DNA of 49,360 nucleotides from Octopus bimaculoides (taxonomy: Eukaryota), in NCBI RefSeq assembly GCF_001194135.2, contig NC_068996.1, positions 54,715,647-54,765,006 of the forward strand, read 5' to 3'. This document shows positions 1 to 12,399 of this stretch, one piece after another. Positions within the stretch are counted from its first letter, which is position 1. The number at the start of each line of letters is the position of its first letter. The notes below the pieces were generated by a model. The model made no database searches. It was not told the DNA's origin and worked only from the letters and a program-made list of their open reading frames with translations. Made by a program: the position numbers and the translations under genes.

Positions 1-173
1 AATATTCAAATGCCAGGTAACTGGATAAACCGGGGTTTATATATATTTTTAAGAAAATTAGAAAATAGAGAGATAATTAAATTAATAATTATTTACTAAT
101 TATAATGTCCTATTTTATAATTTCATTATCTCTCTATTTTCTTATTTTCTTAAACATATACATACATACATAT

Positions 174-220
<47 letters not shown>

Positions 221-273
221 AATCTATAATATATTTGTGTGTATAAACGGAAACAAATTTATTTTCATGCATA

Positions 274-1132
274 CGTGGCCTGATCAATAAGTATCCGGAC
301 TGTTGCCATAGCAACGAAGCTAAAACACCCTGAGTGAAATCGCTTGGCACAGATTGACCTTAAAACTCTGCTGTGCATGCATACTAAGTTTTAATGTTCT
401 AGCTCACTTCCACTGTTTACAGCAGCGCTTGGAAGGAATGTGTGTAATGTGTGATTGTTGCATTGACCATGACAGAGAAAGTTGAACAGAGAATCTCCAT
501 CAAATTTTACCAAAAGTTTGGTGATACCTGCTCAGAGGCCAACGCAGAAGTTTCAAAAAGTTTTCATCGTTCTCAACACAATAAAAGAAATCTTGTGCAG
601 CTGAAACCCAAGTGTCTTTTTTGGTCAGCTGAAAGCAGTTTTGGCGCAAACTTAGCAGACATGTGTCTCATACCCAAATCTTTAGTGATAATGGACTGAA
701 TTGAACCGTAACTAATCTGCACATCCTCTGATAGCTCATAAATGGTGATTTGATGATTTTCCCTCACAGCTACATGCACATCTGCAATGTTTTTCTCAGT
801 TCTGTTGGTTGCAGATCTCCCAAAACGTTTATCAATATTGACATTTCTTCAGCCATCTAAGAAACATTTGAACCCTTCGTACAATTGTGTGCAACTCAAG
901 CACTCCTCTCCATACACTTTCTGCAACTTTGCGTAGGCCTCTCAGCAGGTATCACCATAACAACTTTCTCTGTCACAACGACCACACGCTACACACCTTC
1001 CTTCCAAGCACTGCTATAAACAGTGGAAGTGAGCTAGAGTTCAAGGTCAATCTGTATCAAGTGGCTTCACTCTGTATTCTTTAGTTTCATTACTATGGCA
1101 ATAGTCCAAATACTTATTAATTAGACTGCGTG
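274..1132. mobile_element. Mariner (Tc1/mariner) derivative made of two 5' ends in inverted orientation (foldback)
   Basis: Left TIR CGTGGCCTGATCAATAAGTATCCGGACTGTTGCCATAG follows TA at 272-273, and its degenerate reverse complement ends at 1132. The plus strand reads MTEKVEQRISIKFYQKFGDTCSEA. The minus strand repeats the same leader and continues KVYGEECLS...VRENHQITIYELSEDVQISYGSIQSIITKDLGMRHMSAKFAPKLLSADQK, the mariner HTH region. Confidence 0.85.
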
Positions 1133-2067
1133 CATTATTAAAAATACATCTTTGATAAAGTTTCCATATTTCATTTTTAAAATATATATGTAGTGGATCT
1201 TGCATACATGAAGTGGATTCAATCCACCATAGCCAAATTTAAATCAACACTGCAACAGAACTTTTCCCATAGTGGAACAATAGTTTTTCTCTGACAGCAG
1301 TTTTACATTTTCCAGATGTCTTTAGCTAGGCCAAAATAATGTCTTCACCACTTGACCCTTTCTAACCTCTTCTACTTCACCGAAAGCTAGAATAGAGATA
1401 ACAAGACCACCAACTAAATCTATTGTTTTCAATGATATGTCTATCCTGCTGGATAGTTATAAAAGCAAGAACACCCCAAGCAAAAAAGTAGTCACTTGGA
1501 GACAACGGAGCGAGGCGGCTCATGATGACTCAGTTAGTTAGGGAACGGGATGCTATTATCATGATCACAAGGAATGCAGCTACTAAGACAATAGTCAGCG
1601 AGAGAAATGAAATTTACTGTCAGCAACTGGGAGACAATGTCCCACAACCCTACAACTTTCACTAGCTCTAATTCTGTTCTCTTATAACATCATTCTATCG
1701 CTATCTGTGGATTACTACTAACAATTTGTATACGCCAAACTATGCAAAAAAACATTCTACCACATATTTCTTTCGCATGCTCTCGGACGTTATACCCTGC
1801 CTGTCAAGGTATGGTATTTTTCAACATAACAGTAAATAAATACTTTCTTAAAACTTCATGCTTTGTTCATCTTTCACATCCAACAACATGCCATTATAAC
1901 AACAATGAAACCTAACCATTACATATATTTCAATTAAAACATTAAAGCTCCTGCGTTTATAAATATATAAAAACTTTCCCCAAATATTCTAATTTAATTA
2001 GCAGTCATTGATATTCTGTTGTCAGCTAGAATCAAATAAAGATACCAAAGCTCTTTCTGGTTTGTTG

Positions 2068-2101
2068 TCATGTGAGATTTCCCATTTCAATAAGGTAAAA
2101 C
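2068..2101 (-). CDS. Candidate terminal coding exon of the unidentified minus-strand host gene
   Basis: Acceptor tttaacaatacag|GTTTTACC at 2102-2103. Every frame reaches a stop soon after (e.g. phase 2: FYLIEMGNLT*). No homology recognised. Confidence 0.15.
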
Positions 2102-2209
2102 CTGTATTGTTAAAACTGTTCATTCAAGTGGCTACATAAGAGGGTAATTGTATGGTGAAGTAGAGCAAGTAATTTCAATAATATATACATTGAAGGTGTT
2201 CATACATTT

Positions 2210-2337
2210 GTTTGTCATTTGGACTTAATCTTAGTAAGCCTAGTACTTATTCTATCAGTATCTCTTGCCAAACTGCTAAGTTACGTGGGCATAAATACAT
2301 CAGCATCGATGTGCAACAAGTACTGCCACACACACAC

Positions 2338-2402
<65 letters not shown>

Positions 2403-2548
2403 GCTTCTTCCAGTTTCAATCTACCAAATCCACTCAAGGCTTTGGTCAGCCCAAGACTCCAGTAGAAGACACTTGCCTATGGTGCCACACAGTGGGACTA
2501 AACCCAGAACCATGTGCTTGGGAAGTAAGCTTCTTACCGCATGCCCAG
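2210..2548 (-). mobile_element. tRNA-derived SINE with internal (CA)n/(TA)n microsatellite
   Basis: tRNA-like head near 2548 (reverse strand ...ggttctgggtttagtcccactgtgtggcacc...). Body is shared with the copies at 15744-16125, 10780-11372 and 6068-6457. Confidence 0.8.
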
Positions 2549-2614
2549 TCTCAGGAAACCAGGAGAGAGTCAAGTTCCACATGTACATAGACATACCAAA
2601 TATATAGAACACAA

Positions 2615-4008
2615 TATACACATGCTGATGACCTTGCTTTTATAGCTGAATCACTACCAGAACTAGAGAAGAAGTTCCAGGTATGGAAGCAAGGTCTAGA
2701 ATCAAAGGGCCTTAGAGTTAATCTAGTAAAAACCAAAATCTTAGTAAGTAGGATGGCAAACAAATCACAAACCCCTTCAAGTAGATGGCCCTGCTCGATC
2801 TGTAGAAAAGGTGTAGATAGAAACTCTGTAAGATGCACCCAGTGTAGGCTTTGAACACATAAATGGTACAGCAATATCAGAAGAAAGTTAACAGGGAAAC
2901 TAGCTTTTGTATGTGGAAGATGCACAGGTACAATAAACACTGAAAATGTGCAGAAAATAGATTCCTTCAACTGTCAGGGGTGGGGGGAAGTTAGATGTAG
3001 TAGATAGCTTCCGTTATCTAGGTGACCAAGTTAGTAGCAGAGGTGGATGCTCCAAGAGTGTTGTAGCTTTGAGAATAAGATTAGGCTGGGCAAGGTTCAG
3101 AGAGTTCCTACTTCTGCTAGCAACAAAGGGCCTCTCTCTCAGAGTGAAAGGCAGATTTTATGATGCCTTTGTGTGAACAGCTATGCTGCATGGAAGTGAA
3201 ACATGGGCTATGACAGCCGAGGATATATGTAGGCTTGAAAGAAATGAAGTCAGTATACTTCGCTGGACATGCAATGTCAGTGTGCATGTTTGACAGAGTG
3301 TAAGCATCTTGAGAGAAAAATTAAGCATAAGAGGGATCAGATGTGGTGTTCAAGACAGACAATTGTGCTGATATGGTCATGTGATGTGCATGGATGAGAA
3401 CAGTTGTTTAAAGAAGTGCCAATCTCTAATTGTGGAGGGAACATGTGGTAGAGGTAGATCCAGGAAGACATGGAACAAGGTGAGGAAGCATGATTTTCGA
3501 ACTTTGAGCTTTACAGAGCAATGACTAGTGACCGAGACCTTTGGCGAAGTGCTGTGCTTGAGAGGACCCATCAAGCCAAGTTCACCCATTCTGGTGGCAC
3601 ATAAAGATCACCTTTCAAGTGTTGGGCCTCACAGAGGCAAAGTGGCTGAGTTCCTTACAAGTTGAGCTTCATGGAAGCAATGACCAAGACCTTTGGCATT
3701 ATGTCGTGCTTGAGAAGATCCATCAAGCTGAGCAAAATCGCAGTCGTAGCAAATACCGGTGTCACGCAAATTGGCACCCATGGTAATGGCACGTAAAAGC
3801 ACGCTGGTGTCATGCAAATGGCACTTGTGCCAGTGAGATGTAAAAGCACCCATTACACTCTCGGATTGGTTGGCTTTAGGAAGGGTATCCAGCTGTAGAA
3901 AACCATACCAAGTCAGACTGGAGTCTGATGCAGACTTCCAGCATGCCAGCCAGATCAAACCATCCAACCCATGCCAGCATGGACAACGGACATTAAATGA
4001 TGAAGATG
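2615..4008 (+). mobile_element. 5'-truncated, decayed RTE-type LINE (RT C-terminal half, 3' UTR, GAT tail)
   Basis: (H)ADDL at 2621 is followed by IAESLPELEKKFQVWKQGLESKGLRVNL. Later motifs include YLGDQ, RLERNEVS and EGTCGRGRSRKTW. The 3' UTR ends gacattaaatgatgaagatgat. Multiple stops and frameshifts. Confidence 0.9.
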
Positions 4009-4194
4009 ATATATATATATATATATATATATATGAATACACACACTTGTGTATGTATTCACACGTAGGTTCATGATCCAATGCAAGTTATAGATCATAG
4101 ATCGACAGAGGGATGGTTCTAGGTATGGTGAAGATATAAAATAAGAACACAAATGGATTTTAATGGTTTAAAATCCATTTATTATTGTATATAT

Positions 4195-4470
4195 ATACAT
4201 ATCTGTATCAAAAACTTCCTGGACTAGTTTTGTAACATGCCAACAGATGGCAGCACACAGTTGAAGGTGCAATGACAGCCATGACTTTTATGAGGCAGAG
4301 TGTCATGTGACATCACTGTGTTTACTTTGCAAGTTGTAAAATTTGTGTTTTTGTGATCATGTGTATGCTGTTGACTGTGATTTTAATCATGGACAGAAAG
4401 TTGGAACAAAGAACCAACGTGAAGTTTTGTGTTAAACTTGGAAAGTCTGCTACAGAGATATTCTTTTCTA
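4195..4470 (+). mobile_element. Mariner 5' fragment, truncated by a SINE fragment
   Basis: Reads MDRKLEQRTNVKFCVKLGKSATE from ~4389, a typical mariner N-terminus. A SINE-like sequence (cttggcacaaggcctgaaat...) follows immediately. Confidence 0.75.
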
Positions 4471-5698
4471 ATCTTGGCACAAGGCCTGAAATGTTTGGGG
4501 AGGGGGCCAGTCGATAAGATGTTCTACCTGTTTTATTATTCAAACTGGCCTGACTGAGCCTTTCACACCTACCCAACAATGTTATCCTAAAAATAAGCAA
4601 TCACATCATCGAAATCTCAAAGCTATGAGATAATGTAGGATAAATTCAAAAAGCATTACATTTGAAATAGTAATCTGAATGCCAAAGGGTTAAGAACCGA
4701 CAGAAAATAGACAAGTGTTGTCTTCCATTTTAACCAACAAGAATGAGTTCACGTTTAATATGACTTGAAATGGAGTCAATATATAATGAAATAGTGATCA
4801 TATAAAAGAAAATTCTGCCATTCCCTGACTCTCTCCAAGTCTTATTTTTGTAATTATCTTTTTACGATACAATGCGCTGTGGTTTTAGAGAAAAGCAACT
4901 CGTCCAAAGAAGAGAACATAGTGAAAGACTCAGGGAGGAATGCATCAAAGCTTTCAAGCATGTAGTCCTACACCTTTCTTCATTCACGATGGAGAATGGA
5001 AGAGGAACGTGTGTTAGCAGGAGTGGTAGATTAGGGTTAGGGCGAGTGACAGAGTGTAGTGTGTAGTAGAGGTGAGAATCTACGCTTGTGAAATTAAACT
5101 TAACTGAACAGGTGCAGGAAGTAGCAAATCTTCTAAACAATAAAACTGACAGACAGAATTGCAAAAGAAGGATAAAGGGCATTAAGTCTACATTGAGTTG
5201 AGCACCCGTCTAACAAGTAACAGAATAGAAAAGTGAATTGATGAATGAATGAATGGGTGGGTAGGTATAGAGAGACAGACAGATAGATAGACAGGTAGAC
5301 AGACAGACTGACTAATAGATATAGATATATAAATACACACACACACACACCCACACACACAATACATATCTGACAACCACATGAAAGACATTGTCCTGAA
5401 AAGGTATTTTCTAGTAAAAAAAATATTAACAAAATACATTAATAGCTCACAGTATGAGTTTAATTTGTTCTATGACTGAGCTTGTCTTACGATTTACTCT
5501 TTACTCGTTTTACAAATGAATTTTCCCCACTGAAACTAACTAAAATATAATTAATCCATTCCAGCCCACAAAAAAACCACTCAAAAATGGTTTTTTATGG
5601 GTTTTAAAACCAAAATGGTGTCGTTAGAAGTAAAATGACAGTTATAAAAAAGAGAATGCAAAAGAAATTATGTAAACTGGTTTTATTAAGTGAATTAC

Positions 5699-5754
5699 CT
5701 TAAAGATGTGTGTGCTTGTACTGTGGATTTCTGCTCGTACTTCAAGGCAAAAAT
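5699..5754 (-). CDS. Candidate internal exon of the host gene (5' boundary 5754 or 5769)
   Basis: Donor AAG|gtaatt at 5697-5698, weak acceptors (gtgcag| or tactag|). Two open frames: IFALKYEQKSTVQAHTSL or DFCLEVRAEIHSTSTHIFK. Non-repetitive sequence with locally retained CpGs. Confidence 0.3.
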
Positions 5755-6067
5755 CTGCACAAGTCCCGTCTAGTACAGCAAATTACTCGTACAATAGAGC
5801 ACACGTACTGCAAGGTTCTACTGTATTAACATTGTGTTCCCTCTGTCAATCATCACACTTCACTCTATACTTTTGATTGATAAGAAAAGTTAACTATCCA
5901 ACTTTTATGAATCTAAACATTCACACACATACTGACACACATATACAAATACACAAACACACAGATATGCACCTATTCACAAACTCAAACCTATTGTGTA
6001 TACAGGGTAGACAAACACGTAGTTATATACATTTAGACGCAGGACGTTGTATAAAGAAATGAACAAG

Positions 6068-6457
6068 CAAGTGTGGCTAGGGCGTTTGCTTCCCAACTAT
6101 GTGATTCTGGGGTCAGTCCCACTCCGTAGCACCGAGTGTCTTCTACTGTAACCCCTTCTGAGTGGATTTGGTAGATGGAAACTGAAAGAAGCCTGTGGTG
6201 TGTACGTGTGTGTGTGTGCGCATGTGTATGTGTGTGTCTCTTGTCTGGTCACTGTGTGACAGTAGTGAGTGTCAATGCCATGCATACGAGCTGTGTCATT
6301 CATCTCCAATGTTGTGCAAAAACATGTCTGACCATTGGGAAAGAAGTGAAGGTTGGTAACAGGATAGGCATCCAGCCATAGAAAAGTCTGCCTCAACAAA
6401 TTCCATCTGACCTATGCAAGTATGGAAAAATGGACGTTAAAATGATGATGATGATGA
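6068..6457 (+). mobile_element. tRNA-derived SINE carrying the RTE-family 3' tail
   Basis: Head tggctagggcgtttgcttcccaactatgtgattctggggtcagtccc, internal (TG)n, and tail ...gacgttaaaatgatgatgatg shared with the RTE LINE 3' ends in the window. Confidence 0.75.
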
Positions 6458-6479
6458 ATGTGCACTTGTGTGTGCATAT

Positions 6480-6530
<51 letters not shown>

Positions 6531-6576
6531 CTTAGATAAGTTTCAGCCAGAACTGGCCCAAGCCATGACTAACTTA

Positions 6577-6977
6577 ATAGGACCATCTGGAAAAGACACC
6601 TAATGATGTTTCATATTGCAATTATTCTTTGGTCACTGTAACCCATTCAAGTAAAGAGTTATTGTTTGCAGAGATATACCCAGGTGGTTAATCTGGAGAT
6701 ATTTGTCGGAGATATTCATCCAGGACCTGTTTGAAAGTTATGAGATCTTTTTCTTCTCTTAAGAAATGAAGTTAAAGAAAGCAGGGCCAATTGAAGAGAA
6801 ATAATTCTGTCTTAGTGTTGTGATGTAACATGGGCATGATTTTTGTGGAGGATGAATGGCATGGGGACCAAGCCTAGGGCAAATTTTAAGGTTAATGCCA
6901 ACGCTATTTGGGCAGTGCTGTTGGAATATTTTCCCTATCATACAAATGATATAGCACTTCTCATCATACAGATGTTG
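6577..6977 (-). mobile_element. 3' end of a non-RTE LINE (CR1/L2/I-like), decayed
   Basis: Minus-strand peptide ...CYIICMIGKIFQQHCPNSVGINLKICPRLGPHAIHPPQKS...RQNYFSSIGPAFFNF...FKQVLDEYLRQI...NNSLLEW resembles LINE ORF2 C-termini (my recognition, not a search result). Confidence 0.55.
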
Positions 6978-7062
6978 TATCATTTGTATGATGGGGAAGA
7001 TATTCCAACAGCACTGCCCAAATGGTGCTGGCATCAACTTTAAAATTTACCCAAGGTTTGGT
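6867..7062. repeat. Inverted repeat, 85-bp arms with a 26-nt loop
   Basis: 6867-6951 pairs with 6978-7062; the inner ~46 bp have only two mismatches. Confidence 0.95.
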
Positions 7063-7570
7063 ATGATATGGAACAAAGTTCAAGCTTCTTGAGCCAATTC
7101 AAATAATCAAAACCTGTCATGTTATTTATTATTTTTTTTTTTGTGACTGATTTCTGGGATGCTTCCATTTTTATATTTCATTCATGTAGGGGGACCACAA
7201 CAGACAACCATATTCAAGTTGGGGATGAACAAAAATAGAAGTGAGAAGGATAATGGTAGGAATGTTTCTAGAATCAGAAGCAAGTCCTGAGAATCCAGGA
7301 GCATGCCCTGAAGGCCACGATGACCTTGGTGGTTTTGTTGACATTCTAGCTTAAGTTGTTGTCAATGCTACTCTGAGGTCCCTAGTGGTGTTTGATACCA
7401 CAAAGTTTTCACCTGAGATCAGAGTATATGATGTATGTATGTATAAATACACACACACATATATGGATGTATACACACATATATACACCTAAACAAATAT
7501 ATATATATATATATATAAGCACATAAGGACATAAATAGAATAACTAGTAAAACAGTAACCATATATCTAC

Positions 7571-7642
7571 TTGTAATTGAAAACAGTACACTGGGCATAC
7601 AGGCAACAGGCTGTGTGAGTATACCAACATAAAACCTGGTAA
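7571..7642 (-). CDS. Candidate internal exon of the host gene (alternative acceptor at 7635)
   Basis: Acceptor tttccaccatcag|TTACCAG|G and donor CAA|gtagat. 72 nt; phase 0/0 reading LPGFMLVYSHSLLPVCPVYCFQLQ. All three frames are open, so the frame is not fixed. Confidence 0.3.
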
Positions 7643-8199
7643 CTGATGGTGGAAATATATACAGAATAAAATCATACATATCAAAGCGAATATAAGTCCA
7701 TAAATGCATGTGTGAACAGAGTTTTAAAGGTAAAGGAAATTATCTAATAGAAAAGTTAGTGGGTTTACAATGTAGTTGGGTTCTATAAGTCCAATGTTTG
7801 CAAGAAACTATTATTTATTTAATATTTTAAAGAATAACAAATAGTAGGATTAATTTATGCATAAGTAGCATAATTTATTGTTGTTTTGGTGAAGTTTGGT
7901 TTTTGAAAGTATTTTCCTTCAAATGTTGGAGCATTTTAGAGACTATATGTATTTAGATAATGGTGTCATAGTTTTTATATTTGGATTATTGAATGAGTGC
8001 ATGTGTTGAGTAAGGCAGTTTTTAAATGAGTTTATTTTTAGTCCTACAGCTGAGAAAGACAGGCAAGAGTGTTTGTTACAGCAGAGTAGAAGTTTGGCAC
8101 CAGCACTAGTGAGGTCACTTTGCATCTTGCAAGTCTATAAAAACCTTAAAGTCCCCCACAAAAAAAAGTTAATACATGAGAGATGAATTTTGATCAGTT

Positions 8200-9450
8200 T
8201 TTTGATGAGAGGATGAATAATGACAAGAGAAAAAGATTAATGTGAAAGAGTTGTAGTGGAAAGTAACTGAGTAGACACTGTTGGGAGAGGAAGAGTGAAA
8301 GGGACAGACGAAAAGAGAAGGGATTTGGGTCAGGAGTTAGTGAGAATGAGAGGGACTGAGTAGTGAGAGTGGTGAGATGAATTGTGTAGGGGGAATTCAC
8401 TGGTATATCCAATTATAAGGCTGTGAGAAGTTAACATAGTGAGATAGAGATGTCAGAGAACAAGGATTCAGAGAGAATCCTTAAAGAAAAGAAATGTCAA
8501 AAGGGATTGTGGGTTAGTAGGAAAGAGAGAGAGGGCTGAGAGGGTGTGAAGGTGGCAGAGAAAGAGATACTGAAGGTGCCATAGATGGTGGTGGAAAAGC
8601 ATAGGATGAATGCAGCAAAAGCATCCTGGGTGTGAAGGCTGTGGAGAGAGGAGAGTGAAAGAGAGGCATAAAGATGGAGGATAAATACAGCAAGAGCACC
8701 CCAGCCATCAACACTCTCCTTTTCCATGCTCTTTTGATTACACTTGCTCAAGAGAGTGTGTTTTCTCCAAGACAATTGTTGCAGATACTTGTCATCTCTT
8801 TTGTGAAGCTCAACAAACATCTTGAAATCAATTTTCTTTACTTCATCCATATCTTACTAGGTTTACCTCTTCAACAAATATCATCCACTTTGAGCACTCA
8901 GCCCTTTTGTTTATGCCGCTGTTGTCATCCATACACATCAAATGCCCATACCTATACAACACATTTGTATTCTGCCATTCATGCACACACAACATTACAC
9001 ATCAAACAAAGTAAACTAATTTCATTTCTTTCTTTTTTTTCACTAGACGTCTGCAGTCAACGCTTGCATTGCACTTCAATGCTACATCACACTTTGCACA
9101 CAAATATCTTACAAGCTGTCCTTCAATTTGTAGAAAAATCTCTTTGTTGCTAGCAAAGTTAATAGCTCCTTAAACATTCTCCAACCTGTTCTTACTCTAC
9201 CAACTACACTTTAGGAGCAGACACCAACACCACTTTTGGTCAACTGGGTAACAGAAACTATTCATTGCTTATAATGAGCCATCTCAGTTCTTAGGAAGAT
9301 CTATTTCTCAAGATCTCTTCATGCTTAATGCCTCTGTGCACTTGTTGCATGTGATAGCTATGTTTCCTATTAGTCTGCCTCTAATCTAACTATACTGCTT
9401 GTGTCCAGTATTTACATTAAGCACAATATACTGAATTTCCATTGACTTTT
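8200..9450 (-). mobile_element. Old RTE-type LINE remnant (RT C-terminus plus long pyrimidine-rich 3' UTR)
   Basis: The minus strand has degenerate VKKC..VEG..GRP.K.WDEV-like text near 8750-8900, followed by a pyrimidine-rich tract resembling 30200-30800 and 48160-48780. Confidence 0.5.
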
Positions 9451-9583
9451 TTTTTTATGTATAGAGAACAGGCATTTATTTAATGGTATCAGGATCTCAT
9501 TCTCTTTCCAATTAAAAATTCTGCTTTTACTAATACTTTCAATTCAACATTTTACCTCCACATTTGGAATTTCTATGTTTGCA

Positions 9584-9614
<31 letters not shown>

Positions 9615-9632
9615 GTGTGTGTGTGTGTGTGC

Positions 9633-9664
<32 letters not shown>

Positions 9665-9821
9665 CTGGTTTCAACACCGTTCTGTAACCATGGTAAAGCC
9701 ACTGTTAAGCATCCTTCCTGTATAACAAACTTACTTAATCAACACTTGGGATTAGGACAAAAATCTACTCTGACTCATTTAATCTGTTTGAAAATACATA
9801 TTGTCGTCTTCATTGTTGTTG

Positions 9822-10078
9822 TCAGTCATCAACATCATCATCATCGACATTATCATCATCAGCACCACTGCTACCATCATCATTGTCATCATCATCATCA
9901 TTTAACATCCATTTTCCATGCTGGCATGAGTTGGATGGCTTGACAGAAACTGGTAAGGCCAGGGGGCTGTGCCAGATTCCATAGTCTGTTTTGGCATGGT
10001 TTCTATGGCTGGATGCCCTTCCTAATGTCAACCACTCCACAGAGTAGTTGGTATTAAGAAAGGCATCCAGCCATAGAC
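9822..10078 (-). mobile_element. RTE-family 3' tail fragment with expanded (CAT)n
   Basis: catcatcatttaacatccattttccatgctggcatgagttggatgg... is the reverse complement of the family 3' end. Confidence 0.8.
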
Positions 10079-10247
10079 ACAATTTTAGATACAATATATT
10101 GACACAATTTCAGGATGCTTTGATACGATAAAAAGCATTAACAAAATTAAAGAATTTTAGGCATTTAAAATAGCCCAGAGACCAAGACTTTGAACAGTAG
10201 AGTAATAATGCATTTGTAAAATATTTTTAATAAAGAAACTAACCAAC

Positions 10248-10312
10248 CTTCTTTGCATTCAGCAGACTCCAACCAGGATAAAAGTCTCTGGGATTTAACT
10301 TTTCATAGTTGT
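10248..10312 (-). CDS. Candidate internal exon of the host gene
   Basis: Strong acceptor gtaacttttctttcag| and donor AAG|gttggt (alternative G|gttagt 4 nt further). Only one open frame: (x)NYEKLNPRDFYPGWSLLNAKK, phase 1 in, phase 0 out. Confidence 0.5.
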
Positions 10313-10374
10313 CTGAAAGAAAAGTTACAGTATTTTTATTGTCATAATTTTTACTTCATATTGATATTCTTTTC

Positions 10375-10535
10375 TATTCTAGGCACAAGGCCCGAAATTT
10401 TAGGGGAGGAGACCAGTCGATTAGATTGACTCCAGTACACAACTGGTACTTAATTTATCGACCCTGAAAGGATGAAAGGCAAAGTCGACCTCGGTGGAAT
10501 TTAAACTCAGAACGTATAGACAGACGAAATACTGC
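10375..10535 (-). mobile_element. SINE, second family
   Basis: ggcacaaggcccgaaattttaggggagg...gaaaggatgaaaggcaaagtcgacctcggtggaatttaaactcagaacg; same family as the plus copy at 30935-31145 and the fragment at 4470-4520. Confidence 0.7.
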
Positions 10536-10779
10536 TATTGATTTTTGGAATAGGGTTTTTGAGGTATATTTGTTTTTCTAGCTGTTTTTGAATGACATTT
10601 TTCATTGTTGAATTTGTTATGTATTATATATTGGGAAATTTGATTTAGAATTGCTAAATTGAATTTTCCCTGTAAGTTTTGGAATTGTATTCCCTAATAT
10701 TGTTATTATATATGTATATATTTATATATATATATATATGTGTGAATTTGTATATGACTGTGTCTGTGTTTGTTTCTCC

Positions 10780-11372
10780 ACTACCACCATTGTTTGACAA
10801 CTGATGTCGGTGTGTAAACATCCCCGTAATTTAGTGGTTCGCCAAAAGAGACCAATAGAATAAGTACTAGGCTTACAAAGAATAAGTCCTGGGGTCAATT
10901 CATTCGACTAAAGGCAGTGCTCCAGCATGGCTGCAGTCAAATGACTGAAACAAGTACAACAATAAAAGAGTAAAAGAATTACTTTGCTTCCCAACTACAT
11001 GGTTTTGCATTTAGTCCCAGAGTATGGCACCTTAGACAAGTGCCTTCTACTATAGCCCCCAATCCAACCAAACTCTTGTGATTTTAGTAGACATGGAATC
11101 AGTAGACAGAAAATCAAAGAAGCCTGATATGTATGTGTGTGTGTTACTGTCTCCTAGCCATGACTTTGTGTGATAGTTGTAAATGAGTGTCAACATCATG
11201 CAGTCTCCATTTCCAATCTTCCATGAAAGCATGTCTGGTCACAGAGAAACATTAGTTTACTCGGAAGGTTGATAACAGGAAGGGCATCTAGCCAGAGGAA
11301 ATTCACAGCAGCAAAAATCTGTCTGACCCATGCAAGCATGGAAAAGTGGGCATTAAAACAGTGATGATGATG
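10780..11372 (+). mobile_element. Two adjacent tRNA-SINE copies
   Basis: A SINE 3' half (...gaataagtactaggcttacaaagaataagtcctggggtc...gactgaaac) is followed by a head-to-tail copy ending gcattaaaacagtgatgatgat. Confidence 0.7.
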
Positions 11373-12399
11373 TACTTAATATAAATATCATAAAAGAAAC
11401 AATTTTACAAGAAAGAAAACTAGAAATCAAACAAAAAACAAAAAACAAATGAAAGCAAAGCTATTTCAGAAGAATATGATACAAAACTGCATTCAAGAGT
11501 TCATCATCATCATCATCATTTTAACATCTGTTGTACATGCTGGTATGGGTTGGACAGTTTGACCAAGGCTGGCTAATAAGTTGAGGGACTGCACCAGACT
11601 TCAGTCTGATGTGGCATGGTTTCTATGGCTGGATTCCCTTGCTAACGCCAATTATTTCAAGAGTGTAATATGTGATTTTACATGTCACTAGCATGGGTGC
11701 CAGTTGCATGACACCAATATCTGCCACAACTACGATTTCACTTGGCTTGATGGATCTTCCTTCTCAAGCACAGCATAATGCCAAAGATCTCCGTAAGGCC
11801 CAATGCTCAAGAGGTGTTTTTTATGTACTACAGACACAGGTGCTAGTTATGCGACACTGGCATCAGCCACAAAACTCTAGTGCAGACAAAATCACTTGAG
11901 ATTTAGCAACAAAGTTACAGAAACAGAAATCCAGCAATTCACAGAATGCATTGAATGAAAGATATTTCAATTACCAAAATTTTCAAAAATTATTTAAAAA
12001 TTAAGAACAGTAAACAAACAACAGATCCAGTATGCTTAAAGCAAAACAATACACAAATATACTTAGAGTAATTACAGGTACAACATAAACCCTGATACAT
12101 GGAAACAAGTGTGACATCATTCACCTCATTAGCTCAAAACATTGTGATATGATGTACACAGCCAACAATAGGGGAAAAGGAACTACAATTGAGTCCACTT
12201 TATCCCCTGAGCTGTGTCCACATTACAGGCATATAGAAACAGTGGTCAGTGTACAGCATAGTCTTCATTTGATGACCAGAGGAGGTATGGTACAATTGGG
12301 AAAACAGATCTCACACAAACATCCTAATCAACAACCTCCAAAAGAAATCTGTTCAGTTGCAAGCTAATACTCAAGACCCAGTAAGCCTGTGCATGAGAA

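Noticed and set aside
1720-1808. Plus-strand reading YAKLCKKTFYHIFLSHALGRYTLPVK ending at AAG|gtatgg
   Set aside because: In-frame stop upstream with no AG acceptor in between; probably a repeat terminus.
4151-4180. Perfect 13-bp palindrome arms with a 4-nt loop
   Set aside because: Short and very AT-rich; compatible with chance or a transposon footprint. No function supportable.
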